From assembly GCA_977018835.1 (NCBI GenBank), contig OZ361258.1:1302001-1366000 (forward strand): a stretch of DNA of 64,000 nucleotides, read 5' to 3'. Positions within the stretch are counted from its first letter, which is position 1. Each line of letters begins with the position of its first letter. Positions 47,164 to 58,809 of this stretch are shown piece by piece. The notes under the pieces were generated by a model that was given only the letters and a program-made list of their open reading frames with translations, did no database searches and was not told the origin of the DNA. This stretch comes from Minutocellus sp. GHC0000111 (taxonomy: Eukaryota). The position numbers were made by a program, and so were the translations under genes.

Positions 47164-47659
47164 ATTGTTTGAATTCGATCAATTAATTCGGTGGAAAGTA
47201 AATTAAATGTAGGCGCAACCTCCGATTCGTTTGTGCGATTATGTGTATTTGTAGCCTTGAGAAAGTTACTGTGCTATGCTACTGCAAAGCAACCACGAAC
47301 AAGAATGAGAGAATGTCGGACATTTGGAATAAGCTTGTCCTTCAACGCTCGTAAATACCAGCGATCCTCGGGTGAGAAGGCGAGGCATCGGGTCAACGTT
47401 TTCACTCTGGACAAAGATGAGGGAGATGTGCTCCTTTGGCACGAGGGTACTTTGGTCTGTCCTACATTATCTCTCGTGCTCTTTTTCTTTTTCCTTTTTC
47501 TGTCTGCAGATCCCTTTCTTTTCGTCAAAAACCGACGAACACGCAGACTGACTGACTGCCTGGTTTTCCGGAAGCAAGGGAACACATCACGTGTCGAAAC
47601 AGCAGCCACTCGTCGCGTCGTATCTTATTATCAACGCAACCCCCCAATACACCGCAGCA

Positions 47660-48094
47660 ATGTCCTTCAAGCGAACCCTCGCCGTCCTCTTGGTCGCCCT
47701 GGTGGCTTCGGCCTCGGCCTTTGTCCCGTCCCAAAATAGCCACAACCACCAGCAGCCGACTCCCGTATCGCAGCTCCGAACAGCCGACCTCTCGGGAACC
47801 ACCGGCGCCGTCCGGCTGGGTGCCACGGCCCTGAACGAGCGCCAATGGAACTTCAACCGCGGCCGGGGTCCGTTCGGGATGAAGAAGAATGCCGAAATTT
47901 GGAACGGCCGGGCCGCGCAGATGGGCTTCACCATTGTTCTCTTGCAGGAGCTCATCACCGGCAAGGGCGTCGTGCAGGGAATTCAGGAGGGCGATCCGTT
48001 CAACATGGTCTGCCTGGGACTTGGCGTGGCCGGCATCTTTGGCCTCACCGCCTTTTTGGCCTTCAAGGGAAAGGAGAGCGACATTACGTACTGA
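47660..48094 (+). CDS. LHC-like stress protein (two-helix SEP/HLIP family), plastid-targeted
   Basis: ASA-FVP presequence; AEIWNGRAAQMGF..QELITGKG chlorophyll-binding motif; second hydrophobic helix. Confidence 0.9.
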   Translation: MSFKRTLAVLLVALVASASAFVPSQNSHNHQQPTPVSQLRTADLSGTTGAVRLGATALNERQWNFNRGRGPFGMKKNAEIWNGRAAQMGFTIVLLQELITGKGVVQGIQEGDPFNMVCLGLGVAGIFGLTAFLAFKGKESDITY

Positions 48095-48461
48095 GCAGCG
48101 CTATTGGATGGGGGGGGGCATGAACTTGACTTGAGCCATCTGGCGGAGGTTTCTTGGAGTGCGCGCTTCGTGAGGCGCAAGCATTGCCGCAAAACGGCTG
48201 CTATGATTGGCAAAGAAGCTTGCGGATGAAAAGATGCTACAGTACAAACTATTGAAAAATATGTATATCTTATCTAAAATCATATTACTATTCAGTAAAA
48301 TGTAGGTGTGTCGTCTCTTCTTGTTTCTTTTGGTCACCAAGTACTGATGACTGATGAATCTGCATTGGTGAAAGTCTTGGATACCGGTATATATTTGAGT
48401 TGAGTTGAGTTGAATTGAGTTTTGTAGTACCTGCACGTTCAAGTTGTAAACGAGAGGTTGG

Positions 48462-50175
48462 TCAGCCACCGGCCGACGTCACAGGCATACTTGGCCCTCT
48501 TGACAATGGCGGCGGCGGCGCCCCCACGGCGTTCCCTCCTCGGCGTCCTCCGGCGGCAGCCGCGCTGCTGCTGCTGCCCCGGGGGGTAACCGATACGGTG
48601 GCGCTCAGCCGAATCTGCTTCCTCCGACCATCGATCTCCACCTTGCCGATGGAGGCCCTGTCGCCCAGATCGAGCTCGACCATGTGGACCAGGTGGAGCG
48701 GCACGATGGTCTGCAGCGGGCCGGGGTTGAGCACCACCTGCAATCCGGGGAATTGCAGGACGTGCCCGCCCCTCGCCACCTGCAGGCCGGTCCGGACGGC
48801 GAAGGGGATGGTCGAACCGAGGATGGTGGTGACCACGCCCCGGATCTGCAGCTGCGCGCTGTCGGTGACCTCGATGGTGTTGACGGAGAGGCGGGCGCCG
48901 CGGTCGATGCGGACGACGTCGAGGCTGTTGTCGCTGGCCACGACTGTGCGCAGGATGCGGTTGCCGAGGTTGGCCAGACCCAGCCGGATGCACCGGCTGG
49001 TGCGGAGGTCTTCTTGGGTCAGCACACAGTCGGTGGCCTGCAGAGTGAACGGATTGGACCACCGACGGACGAATCGGCCGAGGGCCGGTACGAACGAGGC
49101 GGTATTGAGGTTGAGACCGGTGGCGGTGATGGTGCCGCCGCCAGACAGCTTGAGGCTGGGGTAGGACAGCCGATCAAAGGTGGCTTGGACAGAGCCCAGT
49201 TCGCCTCGGAGTAGGACTGCCGAGCGAGAGGTGGCATCGGATTTAATTTTCAGGTTCATCGTGTGGAGAGCATGCCGATGGATGAAGCCATGCAGAGCCT
49301 CCTCCACCAGCCTCGAGGCGGCCTTCTGCTGCTCCTCCTCCTGCTGCCCATCATCCTCGTTATCATGCAATACGGCATTATTTATACCAGCCTTTTTTAC
49401 ATCCAATCCCTGCGCACGCTCCAAGTGCTCGGAAATCTCGTACGCGCCCACAAACAACGAGTCATCGAGGGGACACTCCTCGGCATCGATCGCGCTGCCC
49501 GGAGTCCAGCTGGGACATTGCTCGTGCAGGCTTGCCGGTGAGACGTAGTAGTATCGTGCCGTCGGACTTGCCTTGGGGGATGTTTGGGTAGAGGCATTAC
49601 TGGTGGTAGTAGTAGCTGCGGACGATCTGCGACCATCGGCGGCGGCAGTTCGGGAAGTGGAAGTGGTCGGGATTGCCTTGGAGGCTGTTTGGGTGGAGGC
49701 GGCACTAGCGGTAGCTGCGGACGATCGGGCAGTGGAAGTGGAAGTGGAAGATAAGCTTTCGGAATTTGAATTGCGTGGAGGAAGAATTCTCCTCAGAAAC
49801 GAGTTGCCGCTGCCGCCGTCTCTCTTGGATTCGTCGGGGGGGCGGGGCGTCGGTACCCCGCGCCCAAAAGGCGGCGAGGGATGTGGTGGAACTGCACGGA
49901 TTGGGTCGGATGGCCGTGGTTGGACTGGACTGGCGGATGCACTTGCTTTCTCCTGCTAACGGCATGCGATTGTTTTCACAGGGTCGCCGTTGGAAAGTTC
50001 TCGATCCATCACAGCCGGCGAAAGATACCGGATGAACGGAGGCTCGGCGGCGGATACTGGTGGGACAGCTGGTTCTGGTGGGGAAACTAAAGGCTGTGCA
50101 GCAGTGGTGGTGGACTTGGAGGCCACCGGCGGCCGTCGTCAGGGCCGCCACGGCACCGAACCGCCGCCGTTTCAT
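48462..50175 (-). CDS. DUF2993/LmeA-like protein, probably plastid-targeted; frameshift at the G-run ~49835-49842
   Basis: LLRGELGSVQATFDRL..LNL..PFTLQATDCVLTQEDL pattern; the N-terminal frame ends CTA-FSFP and a +1 shift joins the two frames. Confidence 0.6.
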
Positions 50176-50853
50176 CTTGCTGCTTGAATGAAAGAGTTCT
50201 GATGAAAAATAAAAATGAAGAAGTTTGTGCGTCTGTCGTCTGTCCTTCTCCCGGAAACACTCTCTTTTGTGTCAGATGTGCGACCGGCGCATCTCTCGAT
50301 CGATCCCGCCAGGGAAGATCAAATCGTGCCGTCGCACCGTGGACGAAGCAAAAGTAGAGAAGATGCACATAAGAGTGGCGGCAACTCCGGCGCAAGCACG
50401 AGACGTTCATATGTGCAAAGCGTGTTCTTTGCGGTATCACTCCGTGGCACATCTCGCTGGCTGGCAACTCACCGCACAAGCAGGATACGTCGGCGCCATC
50501 TCCCACCGGAACGGCGAAACAAAAAGTAGGAAACTGACATCTTGGCTGCCTACACGTAATTCGATTCAATTCATTCGGAGCGCCGCGCAACTACTTTGTG
50601 GGAAAGAAATTTCAGCTGCGCCATCACAAAGCAAAAGAGGATGCCGGGCAAATGCACGCGTTGATCGATCCAAACAAAAGCACATTATATCTCAAACCTC
50701 AAACAAAATCTGCCTGAAACGGCCCTCAGGCTGGTTGATTCGATTCCGACAAAGATAACGAGCGCAGAGCAGCATCTCCACTCGAGCATACCTACAGTAT
50801 TCGCTTCAATATAGAAAGAAGTACTCTTCCAAACGAAGGCAAACTCAGAGTAA

Positions 50854-53800
50854 ATGACACCGACCAAACCCAACAGCACGAACAAGGGCGCCGACGGAGC
50901 CGGTGGACCATCTCCCATGACTGCCGCCGCCACGCTCTTTGGAGCGTCGAATCCCACCAAGGAAAGCATATCCACGAACAAGAGCAATAGTCAAACCCAG
51001 GAATACACCGCCCGGTCCATCGATAGGGCCAAGATTGTGATTGATCATCCCAATAACTCCATGACGTCAATCGAACTCTTCAAGGAGGATGATAGTGACG
51101 ACGCCTCCTCATCATCAGACTCAGACAACGAAGAAAGTAGCAAGGATGGATTCTCCGATACCGACGGTGCTTCCACTTCATCCGATGAAGACGACGAGAA
51201 TTTTGGCATGACCAGGGACGACGATAGCGATATCAGCAGTACTATCAGCGACAATAATGGATACCTGCAAATCAACGTCGACGGCGGAACACTCCACATC
51301 CTCGATGGAACCATTACCTCTCCCACTACTACCAACAATACATGTACCAATGCGAAACCAACGCCGGCGCGTCCACGCTCAGGTGCTATTGTGGATCCCA
51401 ACACCCCCTCTCCATCCAAAACGTCAAAATCGGCAGGTCATACTCCAGATGCATCCCTCACCCCCATGACTGTCTCGTCGACTCCATCTACATCGCCTCC
51501 TCCCCCACCTCCTCCGTCTAGCAACAATGCCGTCCAGGATGGAGATAAAGGGCCAACCTTGGAGGAGTCGTCACATCAGCAGCAGGATCGAAGTCCAGCT
51601 CCGGGACCATTCCAGTATCCGCCAGGCATTCCTCGGCACAAACGAGACCGCGTCCTACGTCCCAGTCCACTACCAAGTCCAGCCAAGTCGGCTCGCCGTG
51701 CTCTCTGGAAAAGGAGCGGTACTGGCAGTCCCAGCAACGATCGCGTCGGGCCACCCGATGCTTCTTCCAGCGCAAGCAGTAAGAAGGCATCCAGCGCTGC
51801 AGCTACGATCTTGGCTGCCAATATGACCCCGGGCACACCCAAGCAATGGAAACGTCAGGTCCATGCCAGCGGTACTAGTAGTGCTGCAAATGCGAATACT
51901 CCCCACCGATCGGATTCCTCCGGGGAGAATGGCTCCTCGATGCTCATGACCGAGGAGGGCCGACGCAAGCGGGAGGAGATCCAGCTGGCACGGCTGGTCG
52001 ATATGGCCAAGCGTCAGCAGCGCTTTGCGGCCGCTTGGTTTGCGACTAGCCAGGGCCAGGATGCGCCCGATGTGGTGCCTCCTCCTCCCCCTTCGAGACA
52101 TCGGGCATCAAGAGTTGGCTCGCTTGCTCCTCCAGAGGGGGGTCTGGTTAGATCGACTAGCAAAAGCGAATTAAATTTTGCCACCGGCCCCATTGATGCT
52201 GACTCTGGTGAGGCTTGGGAGGGTCCAGGCGGCGCTCCAAGAGAATCGAGTGGAAGGAAGAGCAGTCCATCGTTTCATCTTCACTCTGCCAGCCACCAGT
52301 CGCTCGAACTGGAGCCTATTCAATCAGGTAACAAAGACAATGGCGGCGATGCAGCCAGTTATGTCTCTACATCATCGTCTAAGACGCCTAAGACATCAAA
52401 CGCATCTCCCGATAAGCGTGGGCGTGGTCGCAGTACCAGTGTTGGGGGTGATATTGAGCGAGGCATGACTGCTTCTCCCAGCCCAGAGGGCAGGTCCGAT
52501 CTTTTCATTGATTTGTCCAATGACGAATCAGAATCTAGCAAGAGAGGTAACGGCGACAGCTTCTGGACTCGAGAAATCAGAATTGGACCTTGTCGTCTTG
52601 GTGCGATGAATTGTTTTGTGATGGCAGTCCTTGCCGTTGTTGTTGCCGGGGCAGCGATTGTTGGTTTCGTAAGCACCCCTGGTAATAATGGGAGCGGTCC
52701 AGATAGCGTCGTCACCGACGTTCCAAGCAATTCCATCCCCGGCAGTGACATTGATAATGGTGCAGGGCCAAGAGATGACATTGTTCCTATTTTTCCCGGG
52801 GACAAGTCAACTATTCCCGGTGACGACTGGAGAGACGATGTAGATATCTTTCTTAGAACTTCTGAACCAACAGGGGCCATGACGACGAAGCCTACCGGTG
52901 TTCTCTCAATTATTGCTACCACTTCGAATCCAACCTCGACTCCAACCTATCGTCCATCGCCTGCGCCATCTTTGAGCCATCTACCTTCGCAAGCGCCGTC
53001 CGTTGTCCCCACTTCTTTGTATCAGGCAACATCGTTCACTCAGATCGACAAGACTTTATCTGGGAAGGAGCCCGGGTTTCAGTTTGGTTACTCGGTAGCC
53101 TTGAGCTCGGATGGCAGCGTGATGGCGGTTGGTTCTCGATATGCCGATGACAACGGTCCTCGATCTGGAGAAGTTCGAGTATTTGTTCTTTCTCCCAAGA
53201 ATAAATGGGAACAACTCGGAAAGACCATCAAGGGACGCAATGAGGCTGATCAGTTTGGATTCTCGGTAGCGCTGTCCTCAGATGGCTTGACACTGGCAGC
53301 TTCGGAGCCTGGCTTCGACGGCGAGGCCGGAGACCGCTCTGGGAATGTCCGAATCTTTCAATACGATTCTGGTGAACCAAAGGTTTATGGAACAAATGGT
53401 TCGTGGATGAAGACTGGTGATCTCAGTGGCGAGGATTCGACTGCCCTTTTTGGTGTTTCTATATCGCTAAGTGGAGATGGTTCAAGGCTGGCAGTCGGGG
53501 CACCGTATCATGATTCAGATAAGCTCGATGAGATGGGTGAGTCTCTTCGAAAGGTAGGTCGAGTGAGAGTATTTGAGTACACGAACGAATGGAAACCGTT
53601 GGGGCAGCCAATTGATGGTAAGAGCCCGAGCAGCTGGTGGGGGTGGAGCGTCGACCTATCGGTGGATGGAGATTTCTTCGCTGCCGGGGCCATTCACCAT
53701 GTGTCAGGTGGCTACGTCCAGGTGTACAGGCTAGAAAATGACGCCGGATCTATTGGCGATGCCGACTGGGCTCAGCTTGGAAATGATATTTATAGCCAAG

Positions 53801-54300
53801 ATGCGTTGGCCGATGACAATGAGGGCCGCCTTGACGATCGATTTGGTCATTCCGTATCCCTCAGCGGCGATGCCGATAGGATCATCGTCGGCAGCCCGAA
53901 TAGCGACGTGAATGGTAAGCCCAATTCAGGCATGGCCATTGTCTACGAGCAGACAATAATCGACGGTAAAGATACAGTTTGGACTGCCATCGGCAAGCCG
54001 ATTGTGGGCAAATCCAACAATGCTGAGGCCGGTTGGAGTGTAGCCATTTCTGGTAATTCTTCTCAAATCATCGTTGGTGCTCCCGGTGACTCAACCGTAA
54101 AAGATGGGGCAGGCTCGGCCACGTCCCTTCGCTGGAATGATGATATGTTGGATTGGGAACCTGCCCGGCCTCTATATGGAGAAGAAAAGGATGGAGGGTA
54201 TGGATTCAGCGTTGCCATCAGTGCCGACGGCAACATTATTGGAATTGGTGCACCTTCTGGAGACGACGACCAAGGATTTGTCGGTGCTTATGCCTATTGA
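50854..54300 (+). CDS. Type II membrane protein with disordered cytosolic N-terminus, TM helix, PT/PS stalk and C-terminal FG-GAP (integrin-alpha-like) propeller
   Basis: Repeats FGYSVALSSDGSVMAVG, FGFSVALSSDG, FGVSISLSGDGSRLAVGAP, FGHSVSLSGD; TM FVMAVLAVVVAGAAIVGFV. Confidence 0.88.
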   Translation: MTPTKPNSTNKGADGAGGPSPMTAAATLFGASNPTKESISTNKSNSQTQEYTARSIDRAKIVIDHPNNSMTSIELFKEDDSDDASSSSDSDNEESSKDGFSDTDGASTSSDEDDENFGMTRDDDSDISSTISDNNGYLQINVDGGTLHILDGTITSPTTTNNTCTNAKPTPARPRSGAIVDPNTPSPSKTSKSAGHTPDASLTPMTVSSTPSTSPPPPPPPSSNNAVQDGDKGPTLEESSHQQQDRSPAPGPFQYPPGIPRHKRDRVLRPSPLPSPAKSARRALWKRSGTGSPSNDRVGPPDASSSASSKKASSAAATILAANMTPGTPKQWKRQVHASGTSSAANANTPHRSDSSGENGSSMLMTEEGRRKREEIQLARLVDMAKRQQRFAAAWFATSQGQDAPDVVPPPPPSRHRASRVGSLAPPEGGLVRSTSKSELNFATGPIDADSGEAWEGPGGAPRESSGRKSSPSFHLHSASHQSLELEPIQSGNKDNGGDAASYVSTSSSKTPKTSNASPDKRGRGRSTSVGGDIERGMTASPSPEGRSDLFIDLSNDESESSKRGNGDSFWTREIRIGPCRLGAMNCFVMAVLAVVVAGAAIVGFVSTPGNNGSGPDSVVTDVPSNSIPGSDIDNGAGPRDDIVPIFPGDKSTIPGDDWRDDVDIFLRTSEPTGAMTTKPTGVLSIIATTSNPTSTPTYRPSPAPSLSHLPSQAPSVVPTSLYQATSFTQIDKTLSGKEPGFQFGYSVALSSDGSVMAVGSRYADDNGPRSGEVRVFVLSPKNKWEQLGKTIKGRNEADQFGFSVALSSDGLTLAASEPGFDGEAGDRSGNVRIFQYDSGEPKVYGTNGSWMKTGDLSGEDSTALFGVSISLSGDGSRLAVGAPYHDSDKLDEMGESLRKVGRVRVFEYTNEWKPLGQPIDGKSPSSWWGWSVDLSVDGDFFAAGAIHHVSGGYVQVYRLENDAGSIGDADWAQLGNDIYSQDALADDNEGRLDDRFGHSVSLSGDADRIIVGSPNSDVNGKPNSGMAIVYEQTIIDGKDTVWTAIGKPIVGKSNNAEAGWSVAISGNSSQIIVGAPGDSTVKDGAGSATSLRWNDDMLDWEPARPLYGEEKDGGYGFSVAISADGNIIGIGAPSGDDDQGFVGAYAY

Positions 54301-54446
54301 ACGAAGGCAATGGCCTTCAACATTATTTAGCCAAATCAATTGATTTGTTCACATATTGTTTCTAATGAGAGTTATTATCTAATTTGAGTCAAAAGCTTCC
54401 CGTGGCTGCTCTTGGTGAATCAAGTTGTCTTTTCATCACCTTGCAT

Positions 54447-56165
54447 TCATATCACCACGGCATAGTCCGATGGCAAATTTTTCGACGATGTCCAACCCTT
54501 CTGCCGTTTGAAGCTCGGCACAGGCACAGCCTTGGGTGATTTGCTGGCCCGAAACACGAAGGATTTCTTATTTGTATCGACGCATTGTCTGGCACTCTTT
54601 GGTGTGCGGCGTGGGGCAGTGTTTGATGTCTTGGGCGTTCTCCTGGTCTTCTTCTTACTTTCAGATCCTGATGAAGCAGCATTGGGATTCACCTTGGGCT
54701 GATATTTGCTCTTTTTCAGAATGCCAACTGGTGCTTTGGGCAGTACTTTTGTTGTCGGCCCTCCTTCTGTGAAAACCTCCTCGCCACCACCTTCACCATC
54801 TTCTCGCTTTTCGGCATCGGCTTGGCTGCTTTCTTCTTGATGAGCTGCAGCAACGATATCGTCCCTCGTCTCTCCGTTGACTTCCTCGGCGACAATGCAT
54901 TCTGCCGTAGTGGGTTGTTGTTCCTCCTCTTGTGCAATCTCTTTATTATCATATTTGATAGGATCCCTATTCACATTTTCGGGAGTATCTTCTGGATTGC
55001 TAACTTCCACAGAAGCGGTGATATCTAACGAAGTGTTGTTTTTTAATATGCTCTGTGCCTCTCTCATCGTCTTCCGTTGCTCCATCTGCGTGGTGTCGGC
55101 AAGGCGCTTCATGGCGTCACCATTCGATGATTTGGTCCGGTTCGATGGGTCGACCAGGTTTTGGTACCAAAGTCCGACGGTGTGCAGTACTCGAGTCAAC
55201 CCTCCAGGGAACACACCGCCACACTCTTGTAGCCGAGCTTGAAGCCATTGTGTCGTAGACGAAGCGAAGCAGTCGATGCCGCACAAATCGACGCACAGCG
55301 CATTGTCTTTGTTCTCTCGTTGGAAATCCTTCTTTTTGTTGGAGCTGCCGGAGAAGGCCGATGTCGACGTAGGCGACTTCATTCTATGCTCATTTTTACC
55401 ACCATCGGCCTTCTCCTCGAACGATACCCATCCATTGTCTTCGGCATCGCTCATACTCTCGGGCAGTTCGAGCAGGACGGCCTCGGTGAGGACGCTGATG
55501 TCATCCTGCTCACCCTTGATGACGCAAAGGCTGGCGGCGCTGGCCCGGCCTTCACCACCCTCCACATATCCCTCGTCGTTAGCATGATGGATGTCGACCA
55601 CCGATCGATTGCCGGCCTCCAGGGCGAACAGGTTGCCGGCGTCGTCGTGCTGGGATATTTCCACCTGACCGTCGCCACGGATGTGCATGGAATCGGCGGG
55701 CATGGATGTGCCCGTAGCCTCAACATCGGTCTCTTGGGAGAGAAAGTTCTCTAGAAAATCCTTGAGGAGGCTGCTGTGGGAGGTATCGGTGCTGGCCGAT
55801 CCATCGTCTCTGGAGGGATTGGCTGACAAGGAAACATACTGAGAAGTGACAGGACCCTCGTCGGCGGCTGCTTCACGCTCATTTGGTTGTTGCGTGGCGT
55901 TTTGAGAAGGCGATGAGTTGCTGCCTCCTTCTGGTTGTGTGCTATTATTGGCAGTTGGGGGCATTTCGACCTGCTGTTCGTCGGTGTTCTTTTCAACTTT
56001 GTTACTATCTTGGTCAGACGATGCTGAAGAGACGGCGGCAGAAGTTGGCAGATCTCCAGACGTAGTAGATGCATTTACTTCTGGCCCAGCATTTGCTGCC
56101 TCTTGAGAGCCCTCGGCAGGAACCAACATGTTCTTGTCGTCGTCACTTCCAGAAGTATCGCCCAT
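54447..56165 (-). CDS. Hypothetical, largely disordered protein
   Basis: 572-aa ATG ORF; no recognisable domain. Confidence 0.65.
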   Translation of the reverse strand: MGDTSGSDDDKNMLVPAEGSQEAANAGPEVNASTTSGDLPTSAAVSSASSDQDSNKVEKNTDEQQVEMPPTANNSTQPEGGSNSSPSQNATQQPNEREAAADEGPVTSQYVSLSANPSRDDGSASTDTSHSSLLKDFLENFLSQETDVEATGTSMPADSMHIRGDGQVEISQHDDAGNLFALEAGNRSVVDIHHANDEGYVEGGEGRASAASLCVIKGEQDDISVLTEAVLLELPESMSDAEDNGWVSFEEKADGGKNEHRMKSPTSTSAFSGSSNKKKDFQRENKDNALCVDLCGIDCFASSTTQWLQARLQECGGVFPGGLTRVLHTVGLWYQNLVDPSNRTKSSNGDAMKRLADTTQMEQRKTMREAQSILKNNTSLDITASVEVSNPEDTPENVNRDPIKYDNKEIAQEEEQQPTTAECIVAEEVNGETRDDIVAAAHQEESSQADAEKREDGEGGGEEVFTEGGPTTKVLPKAPVGILKKSKYQPKVNPNAASSGSESKKKTRRTPKTSNTAPRRTPKSARQCVDTNKKSFVFRASKSPKAVPVPSFKRQKGWTSSKNLPSDYAVVI

Positions 56166-56823
56166 CTTGGCTACCCTGCCGATTCTGCTTTGTGTGTTTC
56201 GACTCCAACTACTGCTACCCGCGGGAATTCCTCTGCTTTGACTAACGAGCTGATTGCAAATCTCTCAGCCAACTGAGCTGAACTTCTGGAAGACGACAGA
56301 AAGATCACTTTCTACTTTGAGCTCAGCCGGTGAAAACCCAACGCCTCTTCTTGGGGGCTCCTCCAATAACAACAGCACTTGGCTCACGTTGGGAGCGCTC
56401 TGCTGCGCCTCTTCAGAAGTTTCTTTGGACTCGCCATCCAGGTTTGATTGCGAAGGACAAGTGGATTGGCCATGGCCAACAAGACATGATCGCCGCCCCT
56501 GCATGGCCTCAAGTGGCGATAGCAGATTGGCGGTGCCGGCGTGCAGATGTGCGCGAAAATTCGCCAGCGGGAGTCAAGGCGTGATTTGTTCGACTCACAT
56601 GGTATTTGAGTCGAACAAGTCAGATTCATCCGATTCGATTTATGCAGTCAGGCCGTCGTCCGTCGAATGTCTTTCGTCTTTCGGTGCGGTGCCGTTTGCT
56701 TGGTTCTTCGCGATGACAGATGTCGTCGGCATTGGCTGTCTGAGGTTGCGTTGAAGAGCGGCACCACTGCTAGTCTAGCTACGATTAGTAACATCCACCA
56801 ACACGTCAATCACATAAAGCACC

Positions 56824-57783
56824 ATGACTGACGCCCTCATTCAAAGCGCGGCCGATGCGCTGGTTTCGCTCAACACCCGCCTCCTGCCCCTCCCGCCGTC
56901 CCCGACGGAACAGACCGGACACGACTTATGCTACACAAACCCCGGCCTGCTCTGCCGGGACCTGCCCGATGAGGTTGGGCTGCGCGGCGTCATCTCGTCG
57001 TGGTACCTCAGTCCGGAGCGACATGTGGTAGAGATGGCCATTGTTACCGTCATTTGTCTCGTGGTACTCTCAACGCTGCGCATGCCACGAATTTCCGCTA
57101 ACAACAAGAACGCGGACAATTTGCAGTACCCGCCCCTCCTCCGGCTCATCATTGGGGCCTGCTTCGTGCTGCAAATTGTGTACAAGCTCGCCGGCTATCC
57201 CGGCAAGCTGTACATGATGCTCATGCCTTGCAATACGATTTGGATCATGCACTTCTTGCATGCCTTTTTGCCTGGTCTTTCCGCGAACTCGCGACATGTC
57301 CTAAGTCAGCTGTCCATTACATATGTCGGTCTGCCGGTCGTGGCCATTGCCACGCCGGACCTGTCGGATTTAACCCTGCCCTTTGAGGTGGAATACTTCT
57401 TCATCAACCACGCGTTTTTGCTGGTGTTCCCCATCTACTGGGTGAGCAGTGGGCGGGTATCGTTGCTGCCCTCTACTAACAAGAATGAAACCACCCTTGG
57501 CAACTTTGCCATGTGGTACGCCTTTGCATGTGCGTGCTTTGCCCTGTTTTACTTTGCCTTGGTGACGCCCGTGGCGATATATTCGGGTATCAATCTCAAC
57601 TACATGCTCAGCCCACCGCCAAATCCGGGCGATGTGGTTAGTGGGCCGAACTTTCGACTGATGAGTATCGGCTGGTGTGCAACCCTGTTCTTCTTGTTTC
57701 GATTTGCTGCCCTCTGTGCCGAGGCGATTGCGACGGCAATTATGACCAGAGTGAGAGGCACATCCAAGAGCAAGAGCTTGTAA
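56824..57783 (+). CDS. TMEM164: TMEM164-family multi-pass membrane protein
   Basis: YMMLMPCN, PFEVEYFFINHAFLLVFPIY, INLNYMLSPP..GPNFR. Confidence 0.8.
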   Translation: MTDALIQSAADALVSLNTRLLPLPPSPTEQTGHDLCYTNPGLLCRDLPDEVGLRGVISSWYLSPERHVVEMAIVTVICLVVLSTLRMPRISANNKNADNLQYPPLLRLIIGACFVLQIVYKLAGYPGKLYMMLMPCNTIWIMHFLHAFLPGLSANSRHVLSQLSITYVGLPVVAIATPDLSDLTLPFEVEYFFINHAFLLVFPIYWVSSGRVSLLPSTNKNETTLGNFAMWYAFACACFALFYFALVTPVAIYSGINLNYMLSPPPNPGDVVSGPNFRLMSIGWCATLFFLFRFAALCAEAIATAIMTRVRGTSKSKSL

Positions 57784-57885
57784 ACAATGCGGGTGTAGGC
57801 GTAGACAATAAGTTGTGCTGTAATGCGAGTGTAAAGTAGGTATGTAATGCTGCATCTGTCTGTCACCAAGAAAACCAATTACAAT

Positions 57886-58809
57886 TTATTTATCAATAAT
57901 CGGACCAGCTACACTGCTGTAACCGCCATCCACATATAGTGTCTGTCCAGTGATCCCAGTAGCACCCGACAGAAAGACTACGGCATCTACCACCTCTTCC
58001 GCCGTGACATTGCGCCGAAGCATCGATCGATCTTCGGAATCCACCCTCATATCGGTAAAGCCCCGAATGCCCTTGGCCGCCATGGTGTTGATCGGGCCGG
58101 CACTGACGGCATTGACTCGAATCTGATGCGGCGGTGGTCCCAGCTCCAACGCCAGACCACGAATGACACTCTCCAGCGAGGCCTTGGCCGGGCCCATCAC
58201 ATTGTAGTTGGGCACTGCTCGGTTGGCCCCAAGATAGGACAGGGCTGTGATTGATGCCGATGTGTCCTCAACATTGGCATTACTCGCGCTCATCATCGGC
58301 AAAGCATGTCTGGCCATTAGAATGAGCGAATACGACGATATGTCATGTGCTAATCCAAACGATTCTCTTGATGTAGTTAGTAACGACCCATCCTTCATGG
58401 CATCTGGCGGTGCATATGCCACGCTGTGAATTAGGGCGTCAAGTCTTATTCTCTGTTGATCCGCGTTCATATCCGATAGGCACTCTGGCAGCCTCTCAGT
58501 GAACAAAGATTCCACGCTGTTGTCACAGGATACATCACAGGGTAAACATTCCATTCTCGGCACATTTGCAAAAGAGCAATCATTGGTATCCTCGGCACTT
58601 GCTTGCTGCCTTGCCATCATCTCCTCATTCTCCCGCTGTACAAGTCGTTCGACCTGCGAGGCGAAGCGTTCGGACTGGTACGTGCAAACGACGTCGTAGC
58701 CACTTTGGAGGAGGGATCGGGCCGATGCCCATGCGATCGACCGGGCGTTGGCGACTCCGCAGACCAGCGCGGTTCGTCGGGAGGCGGCACTAGCGGCGGA
58801 GACGACCAT
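57886..58809 (-). CDS. fabI: Enoyl-ACP reductase (NADH), bacterial FabI type
   Basis: GVANARSIAW, LIHSVAYAP, DISSYSL, LSYLGANRAVPNYNVMGPAKASLES, VNAVSAGPI, ITGQTLYVDGG. Confidence 0.93.
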   Translation of the reverse strand: MVVSAASAASRRTALVCGVANARSIAWASARSLLQSGYDVVCTYQSERFASQVERLVQRENEEMMARQQASAEDTNDCSFANVPRMECLPCDVSCDNSVESLFTERLPECLSDMNADQQRIRLDALIHSVAYAPPDAMKDGSLLTTSRESFGLAHDISSYSLILMARHALPMMSASNANVEDTSASITALSYLGANRAVPNYNVMGPAKASLESVIRGLALELGPPPHQIRVNAVSAGPINTMAAKGIRGFTDMRVDSEDRSMLRRNVTAEEVVDAVVFLSGATGITGQTLYVDGGYSSVAGPIIDK

